From NCBI GenBank assembly GCA_965200965.1, contig OZ241744.1, forward strand, positions 3,168,001-3,232,000: DNA of 64,000 bases, written 5' to 3'. Origin of the DNA: an uncultured Candidatus Binatia bacterium. GTDB lineage: Bacteria > Desulfobacterota > Binatia > Bin18. The translations under genes and the position numbers were made by a program. The notes below the pieces were generated by a model that was given only the letters and a program-made list of their open reading frames with translations, had not been told where the DNA came from and made no database searches. Numbering within the stretch: position 1 is the stretch's first letter; every line of letters starts with the position of its first letter. Below, piece by piece: positions 9,537 to 18,800 of the stretch.

Positions 9537-10637
9537 ATGGGGACTGAGGCCCATCACTACCGACCCGACTACGCGGTTGCGCCGGGCGCAATCGTGCTCG
9601 AGCGCCTTGCGGCGCGTGGCATCTCGCGGGCCGAGTTCGCCCGGCGGTGCGACCGCTCCCCAAAGCGCCTCAGTGAGATCATTGCTGGAAAGGCACCGGT
9701 TGAGCCGGAAACGGCTCTGCAATTCGAGAAAGTCTTGGGTGTTGATGCAAGCATCTTGCTCGGCATTGAAACAGACTATCAACTCCATCGGGCGCGTGAG
9801 GCTGAGGCGAAAAAAACACAAGAGGCCTCTTCCTGGACACAGGCGTTTCCCCTGCAAGAGTTAGTGAGGCGAGGGATCATGGAGAAGCCTTCCTCCGATT
9901 CCAACACGGTGGCACGGCTGCTGACCTTCTTTGAGGTCGGGTCGGTCAAGGCCTGGTACGCGAAGTATGAACGGATGAGCGTTGCCTATCGACATTCGCC
10001 GAGCTTCAGGAGCGAAACACCCGCACTGGCAACCTGGCTGCGGCTTGGGGAGTTGGAGGCAGAGAAGCAGGAATGCGCCGATTACGACGCAGAGCAGTTC
10101 AGGCGGGTGTTGAGGAGAATTCGTGGGCTTACCCAGACGCCAGTAGCAGACGCTATAGAAAAGGCGCAACACCTCTGCAACAAGGCCGGTGTTGTGCTGG
10201 CTCCGCTCAAGCCTTTCCCCAAAATCGCGCTCAGCGGTGCCGCCTGGTGGTTGACCCCTCGCAAGGCGGTGATTACGCTCAGCGCACGCCATAAAACAGA
10301 CGATCACCTGTGGTTCAGCCTGTTCCACGAAGCGGCCCACCTCCTGCTGCATAGCAAGAAGGCCGTTTTTCTTGACGGGATGCAGAAGAATAACACTGGT
10401 GCGGACATTGAGACGCAGGCCGACAAGTGGGCGTCCGATTTTCTTGTTCCTCGTTCTCATTGGGAGCAGTTTGTCAACGCGGCTTCCTACAGCGAAAGGG
10501 CTATCCGTCAATTCGCCAGGGAACAGGACATAGCCCCAGGCATCATTGTCGGGAGGCTTCAGCACGAAAAGCATCTCAGCTGGGGAACGCCTCTGAACAA
10601 GCTGAAAGTACGGCTGGAGTGGAAAACGGCCTCGTGA
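9537..10637 (+). CDS. HigA-like HTH antitoxin fused to an ImmA/IrrE (M78) metallopeptidase domain
   Basis: N-terminal XRE HTH (APGAIVLE...ISRAEFARR) and WFSLFHEAAH HExxH motif with downstream ETQAD. Confidence 0.85.
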   Translation: MGTEAHHYRPDYAVAPGAIVLERLAARGISRAEFARRCDRSPKRLSEIIAGKAPVEPETALQFEKVLGVDASILLGIETDYQLHRAREAEAKKTQEASSWTQAFPLQELVRRGIMEKPSSDSNTVARLLTFFEVGSVKAWYAKYERMSVAYRHSPSFRSETPALATWLRLGELEAEKQECADYDAEQFRRVLRRIRGLTQTPVADAIEKAQHLCNKAGVVLAPLKPFPKIALSGAAWWLTPRKAVITLSARHKTDDHLWFSLFHEAAHLLLHSKKAVFLDGMQKNNTGADIETQADKWASDFLVPRSHWEQFVNAASYSERAIRQFAREQDIAPGIIVGRLQHEKHLSWGTPLNKLKVRLEWKTAS

Positions 10638-13600
10638 ACGATCCAAGCCTGTCTGCAATGACAGCGGTCCCGGATTCCAAATTTGACCGCCTGAAGGCCA
10701 TCCTGCGGACGATGTTCCAGCTCGACCGCGGGGATCTCGACTTCGGCCTGTACCGGATCATGAACCGGAAAGCCGGGGAAATTACGCATTTCCTCGACAC
10801 CGAACTGTTGCCGCAGGTCCGGGCTGCGTTGGCCGGCAACAGCGCCGGCCAGCAGGCCGCACTGAACAAGGAACTGGAGCAGGCCAGGCAGCAGGCCAGG
10901 GGGTTGGGCGTTGACCCGGACACCACCCCCGCGGTCCGGGAGTTGCAACGCCGGTATGCCAATGCCAGGGCCGACGCCAACGCAGAGGCCGAGGTCTACA
11001 ACCACCTGACCAACTTCTTTAGCCGCTATTATGACGAGGGCGACTTCATGTCGTTGCGCCGGTATTCGGGCGGTGGCCGGCCGACCTATCTGATTCCCTA
11101 CAACGGCGAGGAGGTGAAGCTGCACTGGGCCAATGCCGACCAGTATTACGTCAAGTCAACCGAGAATTACGCTGCCTATGTTTTCACGCTGGCCACGGAC
11201 GCACAAACCCGCCGGGTGCGCTTCGAGATCACGCGGGCGGACACCGAACGGGACAACGTGAAGGAAACCGCCGGCCGCCAGCGTCGCTTTGTGCTGGCCG
11301 AGGACCCAGGGTCGGTCGTTGTTGACAAGGGCGAACTGGTCGTTCGTTTTGAGCACCGGCCCCTGACGGCCACCGAGAAGAAAGCCTATCCCTCCGGCGG
11401 CAAGCAGCAGGACCGGATCAACGAGGCGGCACGCGACCGCATCCTGAAAGCCCTGCCCCCGGACTGGCTGAGGCCGCTGGCCAGCCCCGCCCCGTCCGAG
11501 AGGACGAAACGTGTCACCAGCTCGGGAGGAGGGCGATACGTTTCGTCCTTGAGCCAGCCCGATCGCACCGTGCTGGACAAGCACCTTGCCGTCTACACGG
11601 CCAAGAACAGCTTTGATTATTTCATTCACAAGGACCTGGGCGGCTTCCTGCGGCGCGAGTTGGACCTGTACCTGAAGACCGAGGTGCTGGACCTGGACGA
11701 CCTGGCGATGAGCGACACCGCCCAACTCAACCGGGCCTTGGGACGCCTGCGGGCCGTCCGCCAAGTGGCGGACAAGATCATCGCCTTTCTGTCCCAGATT
11801 GAGGACTTTCAAAAGCAGCTCTGGCTCAAAAAGAAGTTCGTGCTGGACACGCACTATTGCGTGACGCTCGACCGCGTGCCCGAAGCCTTCTACCCAGCAA
11901 TAGCGGCCAACAAGGCCCAGCATGACGAATGGCTACGGCTGTTTGCCATTGACCGGATTGCGGCCGCCCTGACCACCCCCGGTTACACCAACCCCCTGAC
12001 CGTGGAGTTTCTGAAAGCCAACCCCTTTCTGGTGCTGGACACCCGCCACTTTGACCGGGACCTGAGCGACCGGCTGCTCGCCGCCCTGTCAGACGCCGGG
12101 CCGCTTGACGAGCAGATGGACGGCCTGCTTGTCCACGGCGAGAACTTCCAGGCGTTGCACCTGCTCCAGACCTGCTATCAGGGGCAGGTGCAGTGCGTCT
12201 ACATCGACCCGCCGTATAACACCGGAAATGACGACTTCCTGTACAAAGACAGCTATGAAGATTCAAGTTGGCTGTCCATGATGCAGAACAGACTGACGCT
12301 AGCCTATCAACTGCTTGATAAGAATTCAGGAAGCCATGCAATCAGCATTGATGACCGAGAGTTGTCCGCTCTCTTATTTTTGCTACGAAGCGTTGCTCTC
12401 GAAAAGGCTGCTAAAACCGTTACTGTGAAGATGGCTGAACCGACCGGAGTGAAGATGGCACATGTTGTACGCTCTGGTGGGATTCCTAAGCTCAAGGAGT
12501 ATATCGTCCTTGCCAAACCGTCGGGAATTCAGGGTTTTCATCTTGAAAAAGTGCCAAAGGAACAATGGGACGCCGAATACAACTTGATGGTGACCGGTAT
12601 CTCGCATGATGAAGTGAGATGGCTGAAGGACATCATCCATGACTCAAATAGAACGGATGGAGATGTGAAAATTGCTGATGATCTATGTCAGCGTATTTCC
12701 CTACGGCCAGTTGCGGAGATACTTACTGAAAATGGTGTTCCATCCAAGCAAACCGATTCTTGGAAGCGTGAGAATGCCTGGCGGATCGTTCGCACGGTTG
12801 CCACAACCGCTAGCGCAAAAACTTTGGCTGATGAAAAGAAGAGGCATTTTCCCACAAACTGCTTCACTGTGGTGACTTCTTTACAGCGAATGTACGTTAT
12901 GAAAGCTGAATATGAACGGGAGGCAGAACAACCCCGCGTCCGCATTCTATTTGCGGATGACTATCTGAACGTTCATCCTGGCGATTTCTGGCAGGACATT
13001 AAAACGACCGGCCTGGATAATGAGGGCGGGGTTGAGTTGATCAGTGGGAAAAAGCCGGAAAAGCTCCTCAAGCGTATAATTGGAATGGCCTCTTCGTCTG
13101 GAGAGTTGGTTTGTGATTATTTCCTCGGTAGTGGTACAACCACTGCCGTAGCTCAGAAGATGGGCAGAAAATGGCTTGGAGTCGAGTCAGCACCCTTCTT
13201 TGCGAGTCTTCCACTTAAGCGGATGAAATTGGTGCTCCGCGGAGAAAAAGGTGGAGTCAGTGAAGAGGAATCTTGGAAGGGCGGTGGCCTATTCAAATAC
13301 ATCCGCCTCGAATCCTACGAAGACACGCTGGACAGCCTCGAACTTACCCCCCGCTCAGACGCGCAGGAGGAACTGCTGACCGCCAACCCGGCCCTGGCCG
13401 AAGATTACCTGTTGCGCTACACCCTTGGCGAAGAAACAGCCGCCAGCGCATGCCTGCTGGGCACGCATTTCACCGACCCCTTCGCCTACACCCTGTCGGT
13501 CGTGCGGGACGGCGCACGCCGGCAAACGCCTGTTGACCTGCCCCAAACCTTCAACTACCTGCTCGGCCTGCGCGTCTCAGCCTGGCGTCGCCTTGACGGC

Positions 13601-13858
13601 CTGCTGACCATCACCGGGACCGATGCCTCGGGCCAACGCTGCCTGATCCTGTGGCGCAATCTGAACGACACCGACAACGCCGGCCTGAGCGACTGGTTCA
13701 CCCGCCACCGGCCGGCCTTTGCCGAGCCGTTTGATCTGCTCTACGTCAACGGCGACCACACCCTGAACGCCTTGCGACAGCCACACGACACCTGGACAGC
13801 CCAGACCATCGAGCCGGTCTTCCGGGAGCTGATGTTTGCGAATACCCGGAAGATGTAG
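10634..13858 (+). CDS. mod: Type III restriction-modification methyltransferase (Mod)
   Basis: DLDFGLYRI N-terminus, YIDPPYNTG (motif IV), DYFLGSGTT (motif I). GTG start overlaps the upstream TGA (GTGA); ATG 10658 is an alternative. Confidence 0.9.
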   Translation: MNDPSLSAMTAVPDSKFDRLKAILRTMFQLDRGDLDFGLYRIMNRKAGEITHFLDTELLPQVRAALAGNSAGQQAALNKELEQARQQARGLGVDPDTTPAVRELQRRYANARADANAEAEVYNHLTNFFSRYYDEGDFMSLRRYSGGGRPTYLIPYNGEEVKLHWANADQYYVKSTENYAAYVFTLATDAQTRRVRFEITRADTERDNVKETAGRQRRFVLAEDPGSVVVDKGELVVRFEHRPLTATEKKAYPSGGKQQDRINEAARDRILKALPPDWLRPLASPAPSERTKRVTSSGGGRYVSSLSQPDRTVLDKHLAVYTAKNSFDYFIHKDLGGFLRRELDLYLKTEVLDLDDLAMSDTAQLNRALGRLRAVRQVADKIIAFLSQIEDFQKQLWLKKKFVLDTHYCVTLDRVPEAFYPAIAANKAQHDEWLRLFAIDRIAAALTTPGYTNPLTVEFLKANPFLVLDTRHFDRDLSDRLLAALSDAGPLDEQMDGLLVHGENFQALHLLQTCYQGQVQCVYIDPPYNTGNDDFLYKDSYEDSSWLSMMQNRLTLAYQLLDKNSGSHAISIDDRELSALLFLLRSVALEKAAKTVTVKMAEPTGVKMAHVVRSGGIPKLKEYIVLAKPSGIQGFHLEKVPKEQWDAEYNLMVTGISHDEVRWLKDIIHDSNRTDGDVKIADDLCQRISLRPVAEILTENGVPSKQTDSWKRENAWRIVRTVATTASAKTLADEKKRHFPTNCFTVVTSLQRMYVMKAEYEREAEQPRVRILFADDYLNVHPGDFWQDIKTTGLDNEGGVELISGKKPEKLLKRIIGMASSSGELVCDYFLGSGTTTAVAQKMGRKWLGVESAPFFASLPLKRMKLVLRGEKGGVSEEESWKGGGLFKYIRLESYEDTLDSLELTPRSDAQEELLTANPALAEDYLLRYTLGEETAASACLLGTHFTDPFAYTLSVVRDGARRQTPVDLPQTFNYLLGLRVSAWRRLDGLLTITGTDASGQRCLILWRNLNDTDNAGLSDWFTRHRPAFAEPFDLLYVNGDHTLNALRQPHDTWTAQTIEPVFRELMFANTRKM
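11500..11550 (+). repeat. 51-bp palindromic element, copy 2 (in frame inside mod)
   Basis: GAGGACGAAACGTGTC-ACCAGCTCGGGAGGAGGGC-GATACGTTTCGTCCTT; encodes RTKRVTSSGGGRYVSSL. Confidence 0.9.
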
Positions 13859-13943
13859 GTCGGCTCAGCCACCAGGCGTAAGCCGACAAACCAGCATCCG
13901 CCCCTGCCCACACGGAGAAAAGATGAGCCCAGAAATTATTGCC
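13846..13943 (+). repeat. Imperfect direct repeat R1 (end of mod through start of the small coiled-coil gene)
   Basis: Blocks CCGGAAGATG.AGG.CGGCTCAGCCAC and CTGCCCACACGGAGAAAAGATGAG.CCAGA.ATTATTGCC recur at 15074-15177. Confidence 0.85.
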
Positions 13944-14159
13944 ATCGCCACCGTAGGCACAGCCCTGGCCGCCCTGATCCTGACCGGCCAGCGGACCATC
14001 CGCGCCGAACTGGCCGCCCAGCGTCAAGACCTCGCCGCCCAGCGGCAGGACTTGGCCGCCCAACGCCAGGACCTCGCCGCTTTGCGTGAGCGAATGGCCC
14101 ACCTTGAGGGGCTGCTTGAAGGGCTCCGGGAAGCCCTCACCCGCGAGCGAGCCGCCTAG
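13923..14159 (+). CDS. Small TM + coiled-coil protein (78 aa) with 21-bp heptad repeats, copy A
   Basis: MSPEIIAIATVGTALAAL...(E/D)LAAQRQ repeats...ERMAHLEGLLEGLR; GGAG RBS; near-identical paralog at 15583. Confidence 0.75.
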   Translation: MSPEIIAIATVGTALAALILTGQRTIRAELAAQRQDLAAQRQDLAAQRQDLAALRERMAHLEGLLEGLREALTRERAA

Positions 14160-14183
14160 AAGCCTGATGTTCAAAGGAAAAAT

Positions 14184-15107
14184 GTGATGGCATCCAAAGA
14201 CGACGATTTCTACAAGCAGACCTTTTCACAACGGGAAGGCAAGGCCCCACTGCCTGAGCCTATGCGGCTGGAGCATATCCCACAAAAATTCAGACAGTTG
14301 GTATGGGGCTTTATAGACAAAGAAATTGCTGCCTCGCGCTGGCTTAGTCCGGGTGAATTCGGTCGTGGTTCGTCTCAATGGCGCGACCGTAGCAGGAATC
14401 TCGGGATCATTATAAGAGCCTACAAATTCAATATCCTGGGGATGTTGCATGATGAAATAGGTCGATGTGACCCGGAAGACTCTTTAATATTTTTCAAGCA
14501 AGTGATAACAGAGGGGAAATACCACGAAATCCTGGCGCTCATTGAATTCGTCCTGCGACACGAACTCTGTTCGGAAACTCTCCGCAAGAACCTCGTTAGC
14601 GCTTTTGACGACACTCCAATCGCTTATTTCGTTGAGGAGATAAATGGGGTTCCAACCATTATGCCACGGGTGAGCCGTGAAGCTGGTGAGGGGACACAGC
14701 AAGCCGTCCAGAGTATAAGCGCAGGTGGCTTCGAAGGAGCGGCAACCCATCTACGGCAAGCAGCGGAGCAGATAAACACGGGACAATATGCAAAGTCGAT
14801 TGTGGACAGCATCCACGCCGTTGAATCCGTAGCGCGTGAAATTGCTCCAAAAGAGAGCAAAACCCTCGGCCCCGCGCTCAATTCTCTTTCAGAGGCCGGG
14901 CTTCTGCATCCGGCGCTCAAGGAGGGATTCAAAAAGATATACGGTTACACAAACGACGAGCAGGGAATACGACACCCCCTTGTTGATAGGGACTCCCCCG
15001 ATGTCGGGCTGGATGAGGCCATGTTCATGTTTGGGGCGTGCGCGTCCTTTACCGCTTATCTCGTCAGCAAACACCGGAAGATGCAGGGCGGCTCAGCCAC
15101 AGGCTAG
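14184..15107 (+). CDS. AbiJ-like putative anti-phage protein (N-terminal FSQR domain, C-terminal HEPN-like domain)
   Basis: FSQREG N-terminus and C-terminal HPALKEGFKKIYGYTNDEQGIRH signature; lower GC than its flanks. Confidence 0.65.
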   Translation: MMASKDDDFYKQTFSQREGKAPLPEPMRLEHIPQKFRQLVWGFIDKEIAASRWLSPGEFGRGSSQWRDRSRNLGIIIRAYKFNILGMLHDEIGRCDPEDSLIFFKQVITEGKYHEILALIEFVLRHELCSETLRKNLVSAFDDTPIAYFVEEINGVPTIMPRVSREAGEGTQQAVQSISAGGFEGAATHLRQAAEQINTGQYAKSIVDSIHAVESVAREIAPKESKTLGPALNSLSEAGLLHPALKEGFKKIYGYTNDEQGIRHPLVDRDSPDVGLDEAMFMFGACASFTAYLVSKHRKMQGGSATG

Positions 15108-15177
15108 CGGCTTCCGCTCCGTCTATCCGCCCCGCGGCTGCCCACACGGAGAAAAGATGAGTCCAGAGATTATTGCC
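15074..15177 (+). repeat. Imperfect direct repeat R2, including a truncated 5' end (MSPEIIA) of the small gene
   Basis: Homologous to R1. Its last 25 bp (AAAGATGAGTCCAGAGATTATTGCC, 15153-15177) recur exactly at 15579-15603. Confidence 0.85.
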
Positions 15178-15184
15178 GCCCGGG

Positions 15185-15433
15185 TCAGGATGCAGCTTGC
15201 CCGTTGCTCCATAACTCATACTCGCTGATATCAATATCGCTGCTCCACACCACCGCATAACCGCCCCGCTCTACTTGAACGGATCTGAAGAAAGCCGGGG
15301 TTTTCAGAGGGGCAAACCGTTCTCTTTTGAGCAAAGGCACCACATCATATGTTCGTTTTTGCGCGTTATCAAATCCAACCAGAAGAGTATGGTCGTCAAT
15401 GATTTCAACAGATTGTATCCTGGGATATGGCAT
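15185..15433 (-). CDS. DUF2442-like protein (putative TA component)
   Basis: PRIQSVEIIDDHTLLVGFDN..KRTYD...FFRSVQVERGGYAVVWSSDIDISEYELW. Confidence 0.75.
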   Translation of the reverse strand: MPYPRIQSVEIIDDHTLLVGFDNAQKRTYDVVPLLKRERFAPLKTPAFFRSVQVERGGYAVVWSSDIDISEYELWSNGQAAS

Positions 15434-15435
15434 GG

Positions 15436-15572
15436 CTACTCCAACGGTGGTAGTCTGCGAAACTCCTGAGAGTTCCACATTTCGTTCAGTTCCCGCCTGT
15501 TCAGAGTTGCCCACTCACTAACAAGTTTTCTGGCTCTTTGCGGCAGATCGCCTTCTATTATTTCCAAAGTAA
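15436..15572 (-). pseudogene. 5'-truncated DUF4160-like gene
   Basis: TLEIIEGDLPQRARKLVSEWATLNRRELNEMW...RLPPLE is the C-terminal half of the usual DUF2442 partner. Its start is replaced by the small gene copy B. Confidence 0.7.
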
Positions 15573-15582
15573 GGAGGTAAAG

Positions 15583-15798
15583 ATGAGTCCAGAGATTATT
15601 GCCATCGCCACCGTAGGCACAGCCCTGGCCGCCCTGACCCTGACCGGCCAGCGGACCATCCGCGCCGAACTGGCCGCCCAATGTCAGGACCTCACCGCTT
15701 TGCGTCAGGACCTCGCCGCTCTGCGTGAGCGGATGGCCCACCTGGAGGGGCTGCTTGAAGGGCTCCGGGAAGCCCTCACCCGCGAGCGAGCCGCCTAG
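15583..15798 (+). CDS. Small TM + coiled-coil protein (71 aa), copy B
   Basis: Near-identical to 13923-14159 with one heptad fewer; strong AAGGAGGT RBS. Confidence 0.75.
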   Translation: MSPEIIAIATVGTALAALTLTGQRTIRAELAAQCQDLTALRQDLAALRERMAHLEGLLEGLREALTRERAA

Positions 15799-15857
15799 CC
15801 GGCTGTGTCAGCTTCCGCTCCGCTCTTCCGCCCTGCACCCCGGCGGCTGACCAAAGG

Positions 15858-18800
15858 ATGTTGCTCATGCCTCAGACAGGCACCACGCCCCTGCAAAACC
15901 GCCTCGTGCTGCACCGCTTTGTCTGTCGGGAGTTCGGCTATGAGGACATGCCGGCCATGCTGGACCGGCTGCGCAACGTGCCGGCCCGGCTTGACCCCAG
16001 TGGCGAGAGCGAGTACGCCCGCGCCCTGTACCTGAACCCGGATCGCGCTACAGTCAGCCCCGAGCATCTGGCCACCTACGACGCCAACATCACGGCCCAC
16101 AGCCGCCGGCTGCGCCTGGCCGGCGAACACGGGCGGACCTGGAAGCCCTATCAGTACCTCGCCCTGCTGTTCACCGAACACTACCTGTGCCGCTATTTTG
16201 ACGACCCCGAAGGGCTGCGGGCTGCGCTGAACGCGGCCAGAGGGCTTGACCCGGCCATGCCCGAGTATACGCCCGAGGAACTGCGCACCCTGGCCTTTCA
16301 GAGCGCCACCGGCTCGGGCAAGACCCTCCTCATGCACGCCCACATCCTGCAATTCCAACACTACCGCAAGCGGGCCGGCCAGCCGCTCAACAACATCGTC
16401 CTGCTGACACCCAACGAGCAGATGTCGGGCCAGCACGAACGCGAGTTGCGGGCCAGCGGCCTGTCGGCGCGCCTGTTCTCTGCCGAAGCCGGGGCCGAGC
16501 TGTTCTCACCCATCGAGATCATTGACCTGAACAAGCTGGCCGAAAAGACGGGCGTCAAGCGGGTGGCTGTGCAGGACTTTGGCGACAATAACCTTGTACT
16601 GGTTGATGAAGGACACCTGGGCGCGTCCGGCAAGGTGTGGCGCGAGCGGCGCAAGGAGTTGTCCCGCGGCGGCTTTACCTTTGAGTATTCGGCCACCTTC
16701 AACCAGATCGCCACCAAGAAGGAAGCCGACCTGCTCAATGCCTACGGCAAATGCCTGCTGTTTGACTACGCCTACCGCCAGTTTCACGACGACGGCTACG
16801 GCAAGGACTACGCCATCTCCAACCTGCCGGAGGACGCCGGCAACCGCATGTACCTGCTCGGCTGCCTGCTGACCTTTTACCAGCAGTGCCGCATCTGGCG
16901 GGACAAAGGCGCGGGCTGGGCGGCCTTCAACCTCGCCAAGCCGCTGTGGGTCTTTCTGGGCAAAACCGTCACCGGCTCCAGCCAGACCAACGTCCAGACC
17001 AGGTCTGACGTTGCGCTCATCCTGGACTTCCTGGCCTGGGTGCTGGCACACGGGCAGGCGGTCCGGCCCATGCTTGCCCGCCTGCTGGCCGGTCAATCCG
17101 GCCTGTCTGACGAGCGGGGCCGGGAGTATTTTGCCGGCCGCTTCGCCTATCTCACCCAGCAAGGAGTGAACGTGTCATCAGATCGACAGGAGGGCGACAC
17201 GTTCACTCCTTCCCGCGCCGGCGACCTGTACGCCGATATGTGTCAACTCCTGTTCCACGGCCAGGGCCGGCTCCATGTCGTCTATCTGACCGCCGGCGAA
17301 GGTGAACTGCACCTGCGCAGCGCCGATAACCCGGTGTTCGGCGTGGTCAACATCGGCGACGCCGCGGCCCTCTACAGCCTGCTGACCGAACAGGCGAACC
17401 CCGACCTGTCCACCGAGCGGGAAGCCGGCTTTGCCGAGCGGCTGTTCGCCGACATGGACCGGCCGGACTCGCCGGTCAACATGGTCATTGGCGCACGGCG
17501 CTTTATTGCCGGCTGGAACTCCTGGCGGGTCAGCACAATGGGGCTGATGCATGTCGGGGTGGGCGAAGGGCCGGAGATCATCCAGATGTTCGGCCGCGGC
17601 GTGCGGCTCAAAGGCTGGAAGGCCGGCCTCAAACGCCACCGCCACAGCGCAGTGCCGCCGCCCAAGGACAGCGCCGAGCTGGCCGAACTGGAAACGCTGT
17701 ACATCTTCGGGCTGCGTGCCAACTATATGCAGACCTTCCGCGACCTGCTGCACAAAGAGGGGATGCGGGTGGAGCGGGAAACCGTCAGGCTGCCCGTGAC
17801 CTGGAACCTGGGCCAGCGGCCAGACCTGAAACTGCTCCGTATCCGGGCCGACCAGCAGTTTGAATGCTCCGACGAGCACCCGGTCCTGCCCAACCCTGAT
17901 GAGCCGGGCCGGCCGCTGGTGACGCTGGACCTGTACGCCCGGTTGCAGGCCGTGGCCTCCGGGGCAGCACCGGCCGGCCCCATTCAGCACCAGACCCCGG
18001 TTACACTTGAGCCGCGCCATACCGGCTTTTTCAACTACAGCCGGCTCTACGACGCGCTGCTGAGGCAAAAGCAGCACAAGGGCTGGCACAACCTGCGTAT
18101 CAGGCCAGAGACAGTTGAGCGTCTGTTGCAGGATAGCGGCTGGTACAAGCTGTACATGCCGGCGGAGCGCCTGAATGTGGCCGATTTTCAGGGCGTGAGG
18201 GCGCTGGAAGACATCGCGCTTGCGCTCATCACCGCCTATGCTGATCAGTTCTGGCGCGCTCAGCGCCGGCGCTGGGAGAGCGACAACATGGAGGTGGTCA
18301 GGCTGGACGAGGCTGACCCCAACAATGTGCGGACCTACGAGTTGTCGGTGGATGCCGCCCACAGCCGGCTGATCGACGACCTGCGCCAACTGGCGGCAAA
18401 TGTCAGGGAAGGTTATTGCGCGAGCCTGCAACTCGGCGTCATGCTGGCCGGGGCGCACGCCTATCAGCCGCTTGTGTACGCCGGGGAGGGCTGCCAAGTC
18501 AGCGTCCGGCCGCTGGCCCTGGACGAGCATGAGAAACTGACGGTCGAGAAACTCGCGGCACTGGCCGAGGGCCGGGACCCATGTCTCGGCGGCAGAGATC
18601 TGTATCTGATCCGTAACCTGAGCCGGGGCCGGGGCGTATCGTTTTTTGACGACTTCGGCTATTACCCCGACTTCATCGTCTGGCTGAAAAACCCGGACTG
18701 CCAGCACATCATTTTTCTTGACCCCAAAGGCTTGGGCCGGTTCGGGGGCAGAGAGCGCCGAAAGGTCGAGTTGCACCGCACCATCAAAGCCCTTGAAGAG

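Noticed and set aside
10427-10633. ORF-track N-terminal extension of Mod (1143 aa)
   Set aside because: It overlaps the antitoxin gene by about 200 bp; the GTGA-coupled start at 10634 or ATG 10658 is more plausible.
10634-13858. Phase-variable simple sequence repeat in mod
   Set aside because: No long homopolymer or short tandem tract was seen in the gene.
13846-15603. CRISPR array or integron attC array
   Set aside because: The repeats are few, unequal and separated by gene-sized segments; there are no cas or intI genes and no clear RYYYAAC/GTTRRRY boxes.
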